Part shown: piece by piece, positions 41,489 to 49,553 of the stretch
How positions within the stretch are numbered: position 1 is the stretch's first letter
Layout: every line of letters starts with the position of its first letter
Origin: an uncultured Microthrixaceae bacterium
GTDB taxonomy: Bacteria > Actinomycetota > Acidimicrobiia > Acidimicrobiales > VFJN01
Assembly (NCBI GenBank): GCA_963721695.1
Contig: CAVRKU010000011.1
Location: forward strand, 1,014 to 65,013
Direction of reading: 5' to 3'
DNA: 64,000 nt
The notes under the pieces: generated by a model
The model's database searches: none
Told to the model about the DNA's origin: nothing
The model's input: the letters and a program-made list of their open reading frames with translations, nothing else
Translations under genes and position numbers: made by a program

Positions 41489-42073
41489 TCAGCCGTCGCC
41501 TTCGAAGACGCACACGTACGGCAGGTTCCGGTACTTCTCGGCGAAGTCGAGCCCGTAGCCGACCACGAACTTCGGGGGGATCCGGAAGCCGACGTAGCGC
41601 AGGTCCTCATCGGTCTTCTGCAGGCCCTCGCGCACGAGCAGGGCGCACACCTCGAGGCTGTTGGCTCCCCGTGCCGCGAGCGTCTTGCGCAGGTAGGAGA
41701 GGGTGAGACCGGAATCGACGATGTCCTCGACGATGATCACGTCGCGTCCCGTGAGGTCGATGTCGAGGTCCTTCACGATCCGGACCACGCCCGAGGTGCG
41801 GGTGGCGTTGCCGTAGGACGACACCGCCATGTAGTCGATCTCGAGCGGAAGGGCGATGGCGCGCGACAGGTCCGTCATGAACATGGCGGCGCCCTTGAGG
41901 ACGCCGATCAGGAGCGGCGCGCGGTCGATGTAGTCCCTCGTGATCTCGGCTCCGAGCTCCGCCACCCGGGCTTGGAGCGAGGCCGCGTCGACCACCACCT
42001 CGCCCAGATCGGGACTGTCGAACAGGTGCTGGTGCTTCGCCTCCGACGCCACCCTTGCAACGTACCCGCTCAT
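41489..42073 (-). CDS. hpt: Hypoxanthine phosphoribosyltransferase
   Basis: Intact 194-aa ORF with PRPP motif VIIVEDIVDSGLTL and C-terminal VVGYGLDFAEKYRNLPYV. Confidence 0.9.
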   Translation of the reverse strand: MSGYVARVASEAKHQHLFDSPDLGEVVVDAASLQARVAELGAEITRDYIDRAPLLIGVLKGAAMFMTDLSRAIALPLEIDYMAVSSYGNATRTSGVVRIVKDLDIDLTGRDVIIVEDIVDSGLTLSYLRKTLAARGANSLEVCALLVREGLQKTDEDLRYVGFRIPPKFVVGYGLDFAEKYRNLPYVCVFEGDG

Positions 42074-42927
42074 GACAGGACCAGGCGCTGTCGGCTGCGG
42101 CGGACCTGGCGACCTCCGCCGACGTCACACGCGACGGCTTCTCCCCGGGCGACGGCGAGGACGCGGGCGACGGTGGCGGCGTCTGGTGGGTGCTGCTCGT
42201 CGCCGGCGCGAAGCCAGCGGCGCACCGCCCGGGCCGCGAGCGGCTCGGGGGCGGCGGCCAGGACCTTGGCCTCGGTGGGGTCGAGGGCCAGCGAGAGCTG
42301 CTCGAGCAGCTCGCCGTCGGCCCGGAGCCCGTCGGCCTGGCGCGCGATCACGGCCGCCACGTCACGCTCCGCGATCGAGTCGAGGAGGGGGAGCAGCTCA
42401 CGGCGGACGCGGTTGCGGCGGAACCGGGGATCGTCGTTCGACGGGTCGTGCACCGGCTGGATCCCGAGGTCTGCGCACAGCTTGTGCGTCTCCCGCCGGC
42501 GGAGCAGCCGCAGCGGTCGCCGCGCCGGGTCGTAGCCGGCCAGGCCGTCGAGGCCCGAGCCGCGCATCAGGTTGAGGAGCACGGTCTCGGCCTGGTCGTC
42601 CGCGGTGTGGCCGGTGAGCACGTCGTCGGGGAGGGCCGCGTAGCGGGCGCGGCGGGCCCGCGCCTCGAGGTTCGGCCCGTCGCCGACCTCGACCCGGATC
42701 GTCTCGAAGGCCGCTCCATGGCGGGCCGCCACCTCGGCGACGACGTCGGCCTCCGCCGCAGAACCTCGGCGCAACCCGTGGTCGACGTGCACCGCGGTCG
42801 CGTCGCACCCCGCCTCCACCGCCAGGACGAGGAGCGCGAGCGAGTCAGCGCCCCCCGACACGGCGAGAGAGACCGGCGTACCGGAGGGAGGGAACGAGCA
42901 ACGAGCCACCAGGTCGCGCGCCGGCAT
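42070..42927 (-). CDS. tilS: tRNA(Ile)-lysidine synthase
   Basis: Intact 285-aa ORF with PP-loop LAVSGGADSLAL, then HVDHGLR and TGHTADDQAETVLLNLMRG. There is a 4-nt overlap with hpt. Confidence 0.85.
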   Translation of the reverse strand: MPARDLVARCSFPPSGTPVSLAVSGGADSLALLVLAVEAGCDATAVHVDHGLRRGSAAEADVVAEVAARHGAAFETIRVEVGDGPNLEARARRARYAALPDDVLTGHTADDQAETVLLNLMRGSGLDGLAGYDPARRPLRLLRRRETHKLCADLGIQPVHDPSNDDPRFRRNRVRRELLPLLDSIAERDVAAVIARQADGLRADGELLEQLSLALDPTEAKVLAAAPEPLAARAVRRWLRAGDEQHPPDAATVARVLAVARGEAVACDVGGGRQVRRSRQRLVLS

Positions 42928-42929
42928 GG

Positions 42930-43316
42930 TCAGCCCGGGGGTGTCGGGTCGAGACGACCGGCGCGCACGAGGCTGAGCAGCTCGGGCACGTCCGCGACCC
43001 CGACGGTGCGGGCCACCCGTCGCAGGCTGGCGTACACGCTGGAGCGGCTCACGCCGAGATCGGTCGCCGCCGCGCTCACCGAAGGCGCGGCGTGCAGGGC
43101 CTGGAGGAGCACACGCTGCCTCGGCGTGAGGTCAGCATCCAGTCGCATCACCGGTTCCGGGACGACGGGCGCGGCCTGGTGGAGGGGCGGGCGAGGGCGC
43201 TCGAGGCGGCGCAGCCGCACGTGCCGCTCCGGCGGCGGGGCTCCCCCGGCCGCCTCCCGCTCGGCCCGGGCGATGGCCACGAGCGTCGCCACGAGATCGC
43301 CCCGGTCGCGGGCCAC
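42930..43316 (-). CDS. Small helix-turn-helix protein (sigma-70 region-4 / LuxR-like HTH)
   Basis: 3' part of ORF 42930..43916. High GC3 runs from GTG 43316, 14 nt after the upstream stop: (M)ARDRGDLVATLVAIARAEREAAGG...MRLDADLTPRQRVLLQALHAAPSVSAAATDLGVSRSSVYASLRRVARTVGVADVPELLSLVRAG. The stop lies 2 nt before the tilS ATG. The start is uncertain (ATG 43148 is an alternative). Confidence 0.5.
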   Translation of the reverse strand: MARDRGDLVATLVAIARAEREAAGGAPPPERHVRLRRLERPRPPLHQAAPVVPEPVMRLDADLTPRQRVLLQALHAAPSVSAAATDLGVSRSSVYASLRRVARTVGVADVPELLSLVRAGRLDPTPPG

Positions 43317-43330
43317 GACACGCGCCCCCG

Positions 43331-44419
43331 TCAGCCCACGAGCTCGTCGGACAGCCGCACCCGTTCGAGCCACTCCTCCGGGTCGCGGATCTCGGCGAGG
43401 GTCGGCAGCCAGCTGGCGCCGCGCCACACGGGCTCGAGCGCCTCGGGACCACCGCCGAGCCGCTCGACCTCGGCGATGAACGACTCTCCTTGCGCGTACT
43501 GGTTGATCTTGGCCTCGATGCCCAGCAGGCGCTGGACCACCTTGGTGGCCGGGCTCGCGCTCGCCCGTCGCTCCCGGAGCACCCGCGAGAAGCGATGCGC
43601 GCTCGGGATCCGGTCGGCACCCGCGCGATCCATGGTCACGTCGCCGTGGCCCTCGAGCAGGCTCATCAGACCCCCGATCCTGTCGAGGACGATCCGCTGC
43701 TCGGGTGACGCGAGGAGCGACGCCAGGCCCCCATCGTCGAGCGGGCTCCGACCCTGACGCAGGTCGGCGACCGCCTTGGCCAGCGCATCGAGGAACCGCT
43801 TCGGGTCGGGGTCGACGGACTCGAGCGTCTGCTGGACGAGGCCCAGGTAGTGCTCCCGGAGCCAGGGCACGCCGGTGAACTGCGCTCGATGGGTGACCTC
43901 GTGCAGCGCGAGCCACAGGCGGAACTCGTGGGGCGGGAACGCGAACCGCTTCTCGAGGGCCAGCACGTTCGGTCCCACGTAGTACACGAGATCCTGGTCC
44001 TCAGGGGACGCTTCCGCGGGGTCGTCGACCACCAGCAGGTCGTACTGACCCAGCACCCGACCCGACATCCAGCCGAGGAGCAAGCCGACCTCGAGCCCGC
44101 TGATCTTGCGCGTCAGGTTCGACGCGAAGGTGTCGCCCATCCGATCTCCGAACCGCTCGCTGAGCGGGCGGAGGAGGCGCTGGAAGCTGTTGACGTTGGC
44201 GTGCACCCAGCCGGCGCGGTCGGTGACGCGGGCACGGGCGGGGCCCGACAGGCTCCGCAGCCCGGTGGTCTCCGCGACCAGCTCCTCGGCTTCCTCGGTG
44301 GCGGCCTCGAAGTCCTTCTGCAGCGAGTGGCCGAGGTAGGAGCTGGAGAACGGCTCCTGGCCCGATGCCCGGACCGCGACCCGCTCCGCGAGCTCCCAGT
44401 CGACCGGGCTGTTGGGCAT
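43331..44419 (-). CDS. Zinc-dependent metalloprotease of the DUF2342 family
   Basis: Intact 362-aa ORF with HExxH site LWLALHEVTHRAQF. Its length and its position upstream of tilS match the conserved actinobacterial gene. Confidence 0.75.
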   Translation of the reverse strand: MPNSPVDWELAERVAVRASGQEPFSSSYLGHSLQKDFEAATEEAEELVAETTGLRSLSGPARARVTDRAGWVHANVNSFQRLLRPLSERFGDRMGDTFASNLTRKISGLEVGLLLGWMSGRVLGQYDLLVVDDPAEASPEDQDLVYYVGPNVLALEKRFAFPPHEFRLWLALHEVTHRAQFTGVPWLREHYLGLVQQTLESVDPDPKRFLDALAKAVADLRQGRSPLDDGGLASLLASPEQRIVLDRIGGLMSLLEGHGDVTMDRAGADRIPSAHRFSRVLRERRASASPATKVVQRLLGIEAKINQYAQGESFIAEVERLGGGPEALEPVWRGASWLPTLAEIRDPEEWLERVRLSDELVG

Positions 44420-44421
44420 CC

Positions 44422-44556
44422 GCTAGTCGTCGCTCGGGTATCTGGGCGACTGCGTCTTGCGGAGGTAGCCGATGAACAGCATCACGGTGGCCGGGATCAC
44501 GGCCAGCAGCATGAGGACGGCGCCGATCCAGTAGTGCCAGACAGGGGCAGCGAACA
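44422..44556 (-). CDS. 44-aa single-TM membrane protein (below the ORF-track size cutoff)
   Basis: Minus-strand ATG 44556 to TAG 44422: MFAAPVWHYWIGAVLMLLAVIPATVMLFIGYLRKTQSPRYPSDD. Nearly every third position is G/C. The stop is 2 nt before the ATG of the DUF2342 gene. Confidence 0.45.
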
Positions 44557-44614
44557 TGCCGCCGATGGTAGCGGCGCTGGTCGGGGAGCCCCGAAGAGGG
44601 GCGACCTCAGCGGC

Positions 44615-44866
44615 TCAGTGCTCGTGCTGGAGGGCGTCCGCGATGCGGGCCAGGAGCTCAGGGGGGGCCTGGTCCTGGCAGCGCTGCTGCACGCACCGTC
44701 GGAGCTCGGCGTAGAAGTCGTACGGCTCTGCGCAGGGAGCGCACTGGTCGAGGTGCTCGGTGATCTTCTCGCGCTTGGCGTCGTCGATCTCCCCCGACAG
44801 CAGGTGGTAGATCTCGTGCAGCGCGTCCTCGCACTGCGGCTTCAGGGGTGACGAGTCGGTGGCCAT
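44615..44866 (-). CDS. rsrA: Redox-sensing anti-sigma factor (ZAS family, RsrA/RshA type)
   Basis: Intact 83-aa ORF with HxxxCxxC motif HLDQCAPC plus an upstream Cys (PQCEDAL). It starts 3 nt after the sigma factor stop. Confidence 0.85.
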   Translation of the reverse strand: MATDSSPLKPQCEDALHEIYHLLSGEIDDAKREKITEHLDQCAPCAEPYDFYAELRRCVQQRCQDQAPPELLARIADALQHEH

Positions 44867-44869
44867 GGG

Positions 44870-45451
44870 TCAGGTGGCCGGGTCGGGAACCGGCTCGGCG
44901 AGACGGCGGGACACGGCGAAGTCGTACAACAGCTTCTCCAGCTGCTTTCTTCCCCGGTGGAGGCGGCTCATGACGGTGCCGATGGGGATGTCCATGATCT
45001 CGGCGATCTCCTTGTAGGAGAAGCCTTCGACGTCCGCGAGGAGCACGGCCATCCGGAAGTTCTCCGGGAGCTGCTCGACGGCGTCCTTCACCTCGGCCTC
45101 GGTGAAGAGGTCCATCAGCTCGTCCTCGGCGGAGCGGCCGGTGCGGGCGGCTTCCAGTCCGCCGAGGCGGCGGTAGAGGTAGAGGTCCTCGACCTCGTCG
45201 AGATCGGTCTCGTCGGGCCGGCGCTGCTTGGCGCGGTACGAGTTGATGTAGGTGTTGGTCAGGATTCGGTACAGCCAGGCCTTGAGGTTGGTGCCCTCCT
45301 CGAAGCCCCCGAAGCCGCGGTAGGCCTTCAGGTACGTCTCCTGCACGAGGTCCTCGGCGTCGGCCGGGTTGCGCGTCATGCGCAGAGCGCCGGAGTAGAG
45401 GGAGCTCATGTGCTCCATCGCGAGGTCGGCGAACTTCGCCTGGTCGGCCAC
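44870..45451 (-). CDS. sigH: ECF sigma factor SigH/SigR
   Basis: Intact 193-aa ORF (GTG start) with region 2 [17 protein letters not shown]...[16 protein letters not shown] and region 4 [27 protein letters not shown]. It is paired with the ZAS anti-sigma factor. Confidence 0.9.
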   Translation of the reverse strand: MADQAKFADLAMEHMSSLYSGALRMTRNPADAEDLVQETYLKAYRGFGGFEEGTNLKAWLYRILTNTYINSYRAKQRRPDETDLDEVEDLYLYRRLGGLEAARTGRSAEDELMDLFTEAEVKDAVEQLPENFRMAVLLADVEGFSYKEIAEIMDIPIGTVMSRLHRGRKQLEKLLYDFAVSRRLAEPVPDPAT

Positions 45452-45461
45452 GGGGCCGAAC

Positions 45462-45668
45462 CTACAGTCCGAAGTCCTCCTTCACCCCTTCGACGAAGCG
45501 GTGGAAGGCGATGTGGTCGGAGCTGAACGTGCGCTGATCGCCGTCCTTCTCCACCACGACGGTGTCCACGGCTCCGGCGCCCTCGCTGACGGACACTGGT
45601 GCCCAGCCGTCCTCGTAGACGAGCGTGCGCAGCTCTGCGAGCTGCGGGTCATCGCCCCATCCGGCCAT
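45462..45668 (-). CDS. Small acidic hypothetical protein (68 aa) immediately upstream of sigH
   Basis: ORF with a strong RBS (GAGGAGGA 4 nt before the ATG) and high GC3: [69 protein letters not shown] recognise no domain. Confidence 0.5.
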   Translation of the reverse strand: MAGWGDDPQLAELRTLVYEDGWAPVSVSEGAGAVDTVVVEKDGDQRTFSSDHIAFHRFVEGVKEDFGL

Positions 45669-45718
45669 CGGTCCTCCTCGTCGGTCTGCTGACTCGGGAC
45701 GGAGGGTACCGTCGGGGC

Positions 45719-46252
45719 ATGAGCGACTTCTTGACGGACATCAAGACCCTTCGCGAGCGGGCACGGGCGAAGATGGACGAGGGGCCGATCACGTCGTCCT
45801 ACGGCGCGGACCGCGAGAAGGTCATCGACGTCCTCAACGAGGCGCTGGCGACCGAGATCGTCTGCGTGCTGCGGTACAAGCGGCACTACTTCATGGCCGA
45901 CGGCCTCAACGCCGGTCCGGTGGCGGACGAGTTCCTCCAGCACGCCAACGAGGAGATGGGGCACGCCGACCAGATCGCGCTGCGGATCACGCAGCTGCAG
46001 GGCGCGCCGAACTTCAACCCCGAGGGCATCACCGACCGCAGCCACGCCGAGTACGTCGAGGGCACGACGCTCGTCGACATGATCAAGGAAGACCTCGTGG
46101 CGGAGCGCATCGCGATCGAGAGCTACAACGAGATCGTCCGGTGGCTGGGCGACAAGGACACGACGACCCGGCGCCTGATGGAGGAGATCCTCGCCGTGGA
46201 GGAGGAGCACGCGGACGACCTGCTCAGCCTCCTCGCCGACCTCGACAAGTAG
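45719..46252 (+). CDS. Bacterioferritin-family ferritin-like protein
   Basis: ORF 45599..46252 trimmed to ATG 45719 (GGAGGG upstream): MSDFLTDIKTLRERARAK...VIDVLNEALATEIVCVLRYKRHYFMA...HANEEMGHADQIALRI...VAERIAIESYNEIV...ILAVEEEHADDL. These are di-iron ligand-type E/ExxH patterns. Confidence 0.75.
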   Translation: MSDFLTDIKTLRERARAKMDEGPITSSYGADREKVIDVLNEALATEIVCVLRYKRHYFMADGLNAGPVADEFLQHANEEMGHADQIALRITQLQGAPNFNPEGITDRSHAEYVEGTTLVDMIKEDLVAERIAIESYNEIVRWLGDKDTTTRRLMEEILAVEEEHADDLLSLLADLDK

Positions 46253-46270
46253 GTCCGGCTCAGGCTTCGC

Positions 46271-47407
46271 TCATCGCTTCTGCGGGTCCTGCACGTCGGT
46301 CAGCTCGCTCTGGACCACCTGGTGGCGGTCCCCCCACTCGCTCACGATGGCTTGGGCCATGGCCGCCGCCGGGAGCGCCAGCACGGCACCGACCGCACCG
46401 AGCACGGCGGCGCCGGCCAAGGCGGCCCCGAAGGCCAGCGCCGGGTGCAGCTCCATCGTGTGGGCGGTGATGCGCGGCGACAACAGGTAGTTCTCGATCT
46501 GCTGGTAGACGACGATGGCGGTGAGCACGATCAACGCCTTCACCGGAGAGTCGAGGAACGTCAGGAGCACGGGCAGCACGCCGGCGAGGTAGGTGCCGAC
46601 CACGGGCAGGAACTGGCTGACGATGCCGACCCACAGCGCCAGGGCCACGGGCGCGGCCGTGCCGAGCGACTGGAACACGACCCAGTGGAAGGCGGCCGAG
46701 AGCAGCGCGAGGAGACCCCGGCTGTAGAGGTAGCCACCGGTCTTCGTGCCGGCGAGCTCCCAGACACCCAGCACGCGCTCCTGGCGCGCCGGGGTCAGTC
46801 GGCTGCAGATCGCCCGGCGCAGCTTCGGTCCGTCGGCGACGAGGTAGAAGGTGAAGAGCAGCACGGAGAACAGCTTCAACAGACCGCCGAGCGCGGCGAC
46901 GGACAGCCGCACGACGTTGTCCTGCTGATCGGCGATGAACTGCTGGACGGCGCCGTCGGGGTCGTTGAACTCGTCGATCACCTCCTGGGCATCCAGGTTC
47001 GTGCCGAACGTGTCGTTGATCGTCTCGACGCTGTCGGAGATGTACGACTCGGAGTCCTGGAGGAGGTCGGCGATCTGGGAGCCCACCAGCGTCCCGATGG
47101 CGCCGACGAACACCAGGAACATCGCCATCACCCCGAAGAGGATCAGCGAGGTCGCGCGACCACGCCTCCACCCCCGGCGAGCCAGCCGGTTGACGCCGGG
47201 CTCGATCGCAAGCGACAAGAACACCGCGATGGCGACGAGCACGACGAGCCCGCTGAGCTGGCTCCAGACGAACTGAACCGCCAACGCGCCGAGGAACCCG
47301 CCCCAGAAGACGACGACGGCAGGGACGACCCAGCGCGGCAGGCGCCGGTCCTGCGTTGACGCGTCGACGACCTCGGACTCGGCCGTGTCCGCAGGTTCGG
47401 TGGGCAC
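46271..47407 (-). CDS. AI-2E family transporter (PerM/UPF0118)
   Basis: Intact 378-aa ORF with about 8 TM helices and the characteristic C-terminal YQQIENYLLSPRI block. Confidence 0.85.
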   Translation of the reverse strand: MPTEPADTAESEVVDASTQDRRLPRWVVPAVVVFWGGFLGALAVQFVWSQLSGLVVLVAIAVFLSLAIEPGVNRLARRGWRRGRATSLILFGVMAMFLVFVGAIGTLVGSQIADLLQDSESYISDSVETINDTFGTNLDAQEVIDEFNDPDGAVQQFIADQQDNVVRLSVAALGGLLKLFSVLLFTFYLVADGPKLRRAICSRLTPARQERVLGVWELAGTKTGGYLYSRGLLALLSAAFHWVVFQSLGTAAPVALALWVGIVSQFLPVVGTYLAGVLPVLLTFLDSPVKALIVLTAIVVYQQIENYLLSPRITAHTMELHPALAFGAALAGAAVLGAVGAVLALPAAAMAQAIVSEWGDRHQVVQSELTDVQDPQKR

Positions 47408-47458
47408 CAGCGGAGCGTACGACGGCCAGTCCCCACGGAACCGCCACCCCTCCCGTCG

Positions 47459-48331
47459 CTACCCGGGCGCCTCGGACGTGAACGGACCGACGGATTCGCG
47501 GATCTCCGCCGCCACGAGCGCTCGGTGGTCGTCCCACGAGATCGGTCCCGCCGGGCGGCCATGGCGGCGTCGAAGGTCACGCAGCCTCCGCGGGCCCGCG
47601 GCGTAGAAGGCGAGGGCGAGCTCTCGGTCGCGCCGAAGGGCGGGGTGCATGAAGGCGGGCCGCGTGAGACTGGCGCTCGAGAGCGCATCGACCAGACGGG
47701 CGCTGACGCCGGAGAGCAGGTCATGGAGCGCTCGTGCGTGCAGTCCGGTCGAGCCCGACGTCGATCTGCTCCGGGGCCGACGCGCGAGCGGCGCGGGCAT
47801 CGTCGAACCGGTGCCGGACGCGGCCCAGAGCAGCCGTAGGAGCGCCACGTACCCGTCGCTGCAGGTCACACCGAGCCGGGACGCCACGCCCTTGCCGAGG
47901 TGCGGGAAGCAGCCGTAGCTCCGCCCCCCGCCGGCGGGCACATCGGGCCGCAGGGCGAAGCGCAGCAACCCGGCGGTCGTGCTCTCGCTCACGACGAGGA
48001 ACGGCGCCGGCCGACGCGTCGTGAAGTGCGCCGACCGCCCCTTCGTCTCCGCGTTGAACGGCGGACGCAGCGCGTCGATGAGGTCGGCCTCGCGCCACGC
48101 CGCCGCCTCCTCGTCGGCCGCCAGCTCCCACCTGACCTCGCGGACGTCGTCGTAGCGACGATGGAGGTGTGACGTCGCTGGGCCACTCGCCGCGTGCTGG
48201 TTGAGGCGCTGGCGCAGGTCCCCCGCCTTGCCCACGTAGAGCAGATCGCGCTCGGCACCGAGGAACAGGTAGACGCCAGCGGCTCGAGGCGCCGCGGCGG
48301 CCGCGGCGGTGAGCGCAGCGCGGCCGTTCAC
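47459..48331 (-). CDS. GIY-YIG nuclease-domain protein with an uncharacterised C-terminal region
   Basis: 290-aa ORF with N-terminus AAGVYLFLGAERDLLYVGKAGDLRQRLNQH...EADLIDALRPPFN (GIY-YIG core). The segment TGSTMPAPLARRPRSRSTSGSTG (about 47742-47815) is probably a compensated double frameshift. The alternative reading is RHRFDDARAARASAPEQIDVGLDR. Confidence 0.6.
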   Translation of the reverse strand: MNGRAALTAAAAAAPRAAGVYLFLGAERDLLYVGKAGDLRQRLNQHAASGPATSHLHRRYDDVREVRWELAADEEAAAWREADLIDALRPPFNAETKGRSAHFTTRRPAPFLVVSESTTAGLLRFALRPDVPAGGGRSYGCFPHLGKGVASRLGVTCSDGYVALLRLLWAASGTGSTMPAPLARRPRSRSTSGSTGLHARALHDLLSGVSARLVDALSSASLTRPAFMHPALRRDRELALAFYAAGPRRLRDLRRRHGRPAGPISWDDHRALVAAEIRESVGPFTSEAPG

Positions 48332-48335
48332 AGAG

Positions 48336-48408
48336 AGCCCGAGAGGGGAGTCGAACCCCTGACCTACGCATTACGAGTGCGTTGCTCTACCAGCTGAGCT
48401 ACCCGGGC
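48336..48408 (-). tRNA. tRNA-Thr (anticodon CGU)
   Basis: Minus-strand sequence GCCCGGGTAGCTCAGCTGGTAGAGCAACGCACTCGTAATGCGTAGGTCAGGGGTTCGACTCCCCTCTCGGGCT. It has a 7-bp acceptor stem (one G-U), D-loop AGCTCAGCTGGTAGAGC, anticodon loop CTCGTAA and T-arm AGGGGTTCGACTCCCCT. No CCA is encoded. Confidence 0.9.
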
Positions 48409-48452
48409 GGGACCGGTGACTCTACCTGAGGGCCCTCAGCGGTCCCCAAGGA

Positions 48453-49520
48453 CTAGGCGTCCAGGGACGGGAGCTGGGCGAGGAGGGCCTGCAGGAGCAA
48501 CGACTCGTTCGGGAAGCGCTCGAGCGACAGGGCCGCCTCCTCGATGCGGTGGATGGCGTCGACCACCTCGGCGGGGTGCCGGGCGTCGATGAGCGCGTCG
48601 CGGTAGACGCCCGCGAAGGTGGCGAGCGCGAGGCGCAGCTCGGCCGTGCGGTGGCGGCGCACCTCTCGCTTGTGGCGATCCTGGATGTCCTTCTTCCCGC
48701 TCCCCCGCTGGCCGTAGCGCTCGATGCGCTCCTCCAGCTCGGCGGCCTCCCGCTCGTGACGAGCGTCGATCACGGCCTGCGCGTCGTCGATGAGCGCCTT
48801 GACCTCGCCGGCGATCTCGGCGGCCCGGGCACCGGTGCCGTTCAGCCGGCCCGGCATCGCCCGCAGCGCGTCGGCCCGCACGGCGAAGCGCTCGTCGGTC
48901 GCCAGCAACCGGGCCCGGTCGAGATCGCCGGCGGCCGCCGCCGCGACGGACGCGGCGCGAGGCGGGTCGACGCCCTCGGCCACGAGCCGCTCGATCACCG
49001 CGGCGAGCGGCACGGGACCGAAGTCGATGCGAACCGAGCGCGACGCGATGGTGACGAGCTCCGGAGGCACGTCCTCGGCGAGGATCACGAAGAAGGTCGA
49101 TGCCGGTGGCTCCTCGACGTACTTCAGCAGGATGGCGCCGAACTGGTCGATGAGGTGGAAGTCCTCCAGCACGAGCACCTTGCGGCTCCCCTCCGCGGGT
49201 GAGAGCGCCGCCTGCTTGACGACCTGCCGAGCCGTCGGCGCGTCGATGCGGCCCTGCGCCGTGGTGGCCTCCACGATGTGGAGGTCGGGGTGCGTCTCGG
49301 CCAGGGCGAGGCGCACGTGGCGCTCGGCGTCCTCCCCCTCGGAGCCCGCCGAGAGCAGGAGGGCCGCGAACGCGCGCGCGGCGGCGCGCTTCCCCGAACC
49401 GCCGGGACCGACGAGGAGGTAGGCGTGGACCGGGTGGACCGCCGCCGAGGTGAGCTGGGCGACGGCGTGGTCCTGCCCCACCACGTCCGCCCACACATCG
49501 AGCTCGGCCACCGTCGTCAC
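48453..49520 (-). CDS. holB: DNA polymerase III subunit delta'
   Basis: Intact 355-aa ORF: VVGQDHAVAQLTSAAVHPVHAYLLVGPGGSGKRAAARAFA, VLVLEDFHLI and LLKYVEEPP. Confidence 0.85.
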   Translation of the reverse strand: MTTVAELDVWADVVGQDHAVAQLTSAAVHPVHAYLLVGPGGSGKRAAARAFAALLLSAGSEGEDAERHVRLALAETHPDLHIVEATTAQGRIDAPTARQVVKQAALSPAEGSRKVLVLEDFHLIDQFGAILLKYVEEPPASTFFVILAEDVPPELVTIASRSVRIDFGPVPLAAVIERLVAEGVDPPRAASVAAAAAGDLDRARLLATDERFAVRADALRAMPGRLNGTGARAAEIAGEVKALIDDAQAVIDARHEREAAELEERIERYGQRGSGKKDIQDRHKREVRRHRTAELRLALATFAGVYRDALIDARHPAEVVDAIHRIEEAALSLERFPNESLLLQALLAQLPSLDA

Positions 49521-49553
49521 GGCCGCATCATCGCGCGCCCGTTCGGCGTCGGA

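Noticed and set aside
46271-48408. Integrated mobile element or prophage remnant at tRNA-Thr
   Set aside because: I could see no integrase, no phage-like genes, no duplicated tRNA 3' segment and no change in base composition. Only the GIY-YIG gene is unusual.
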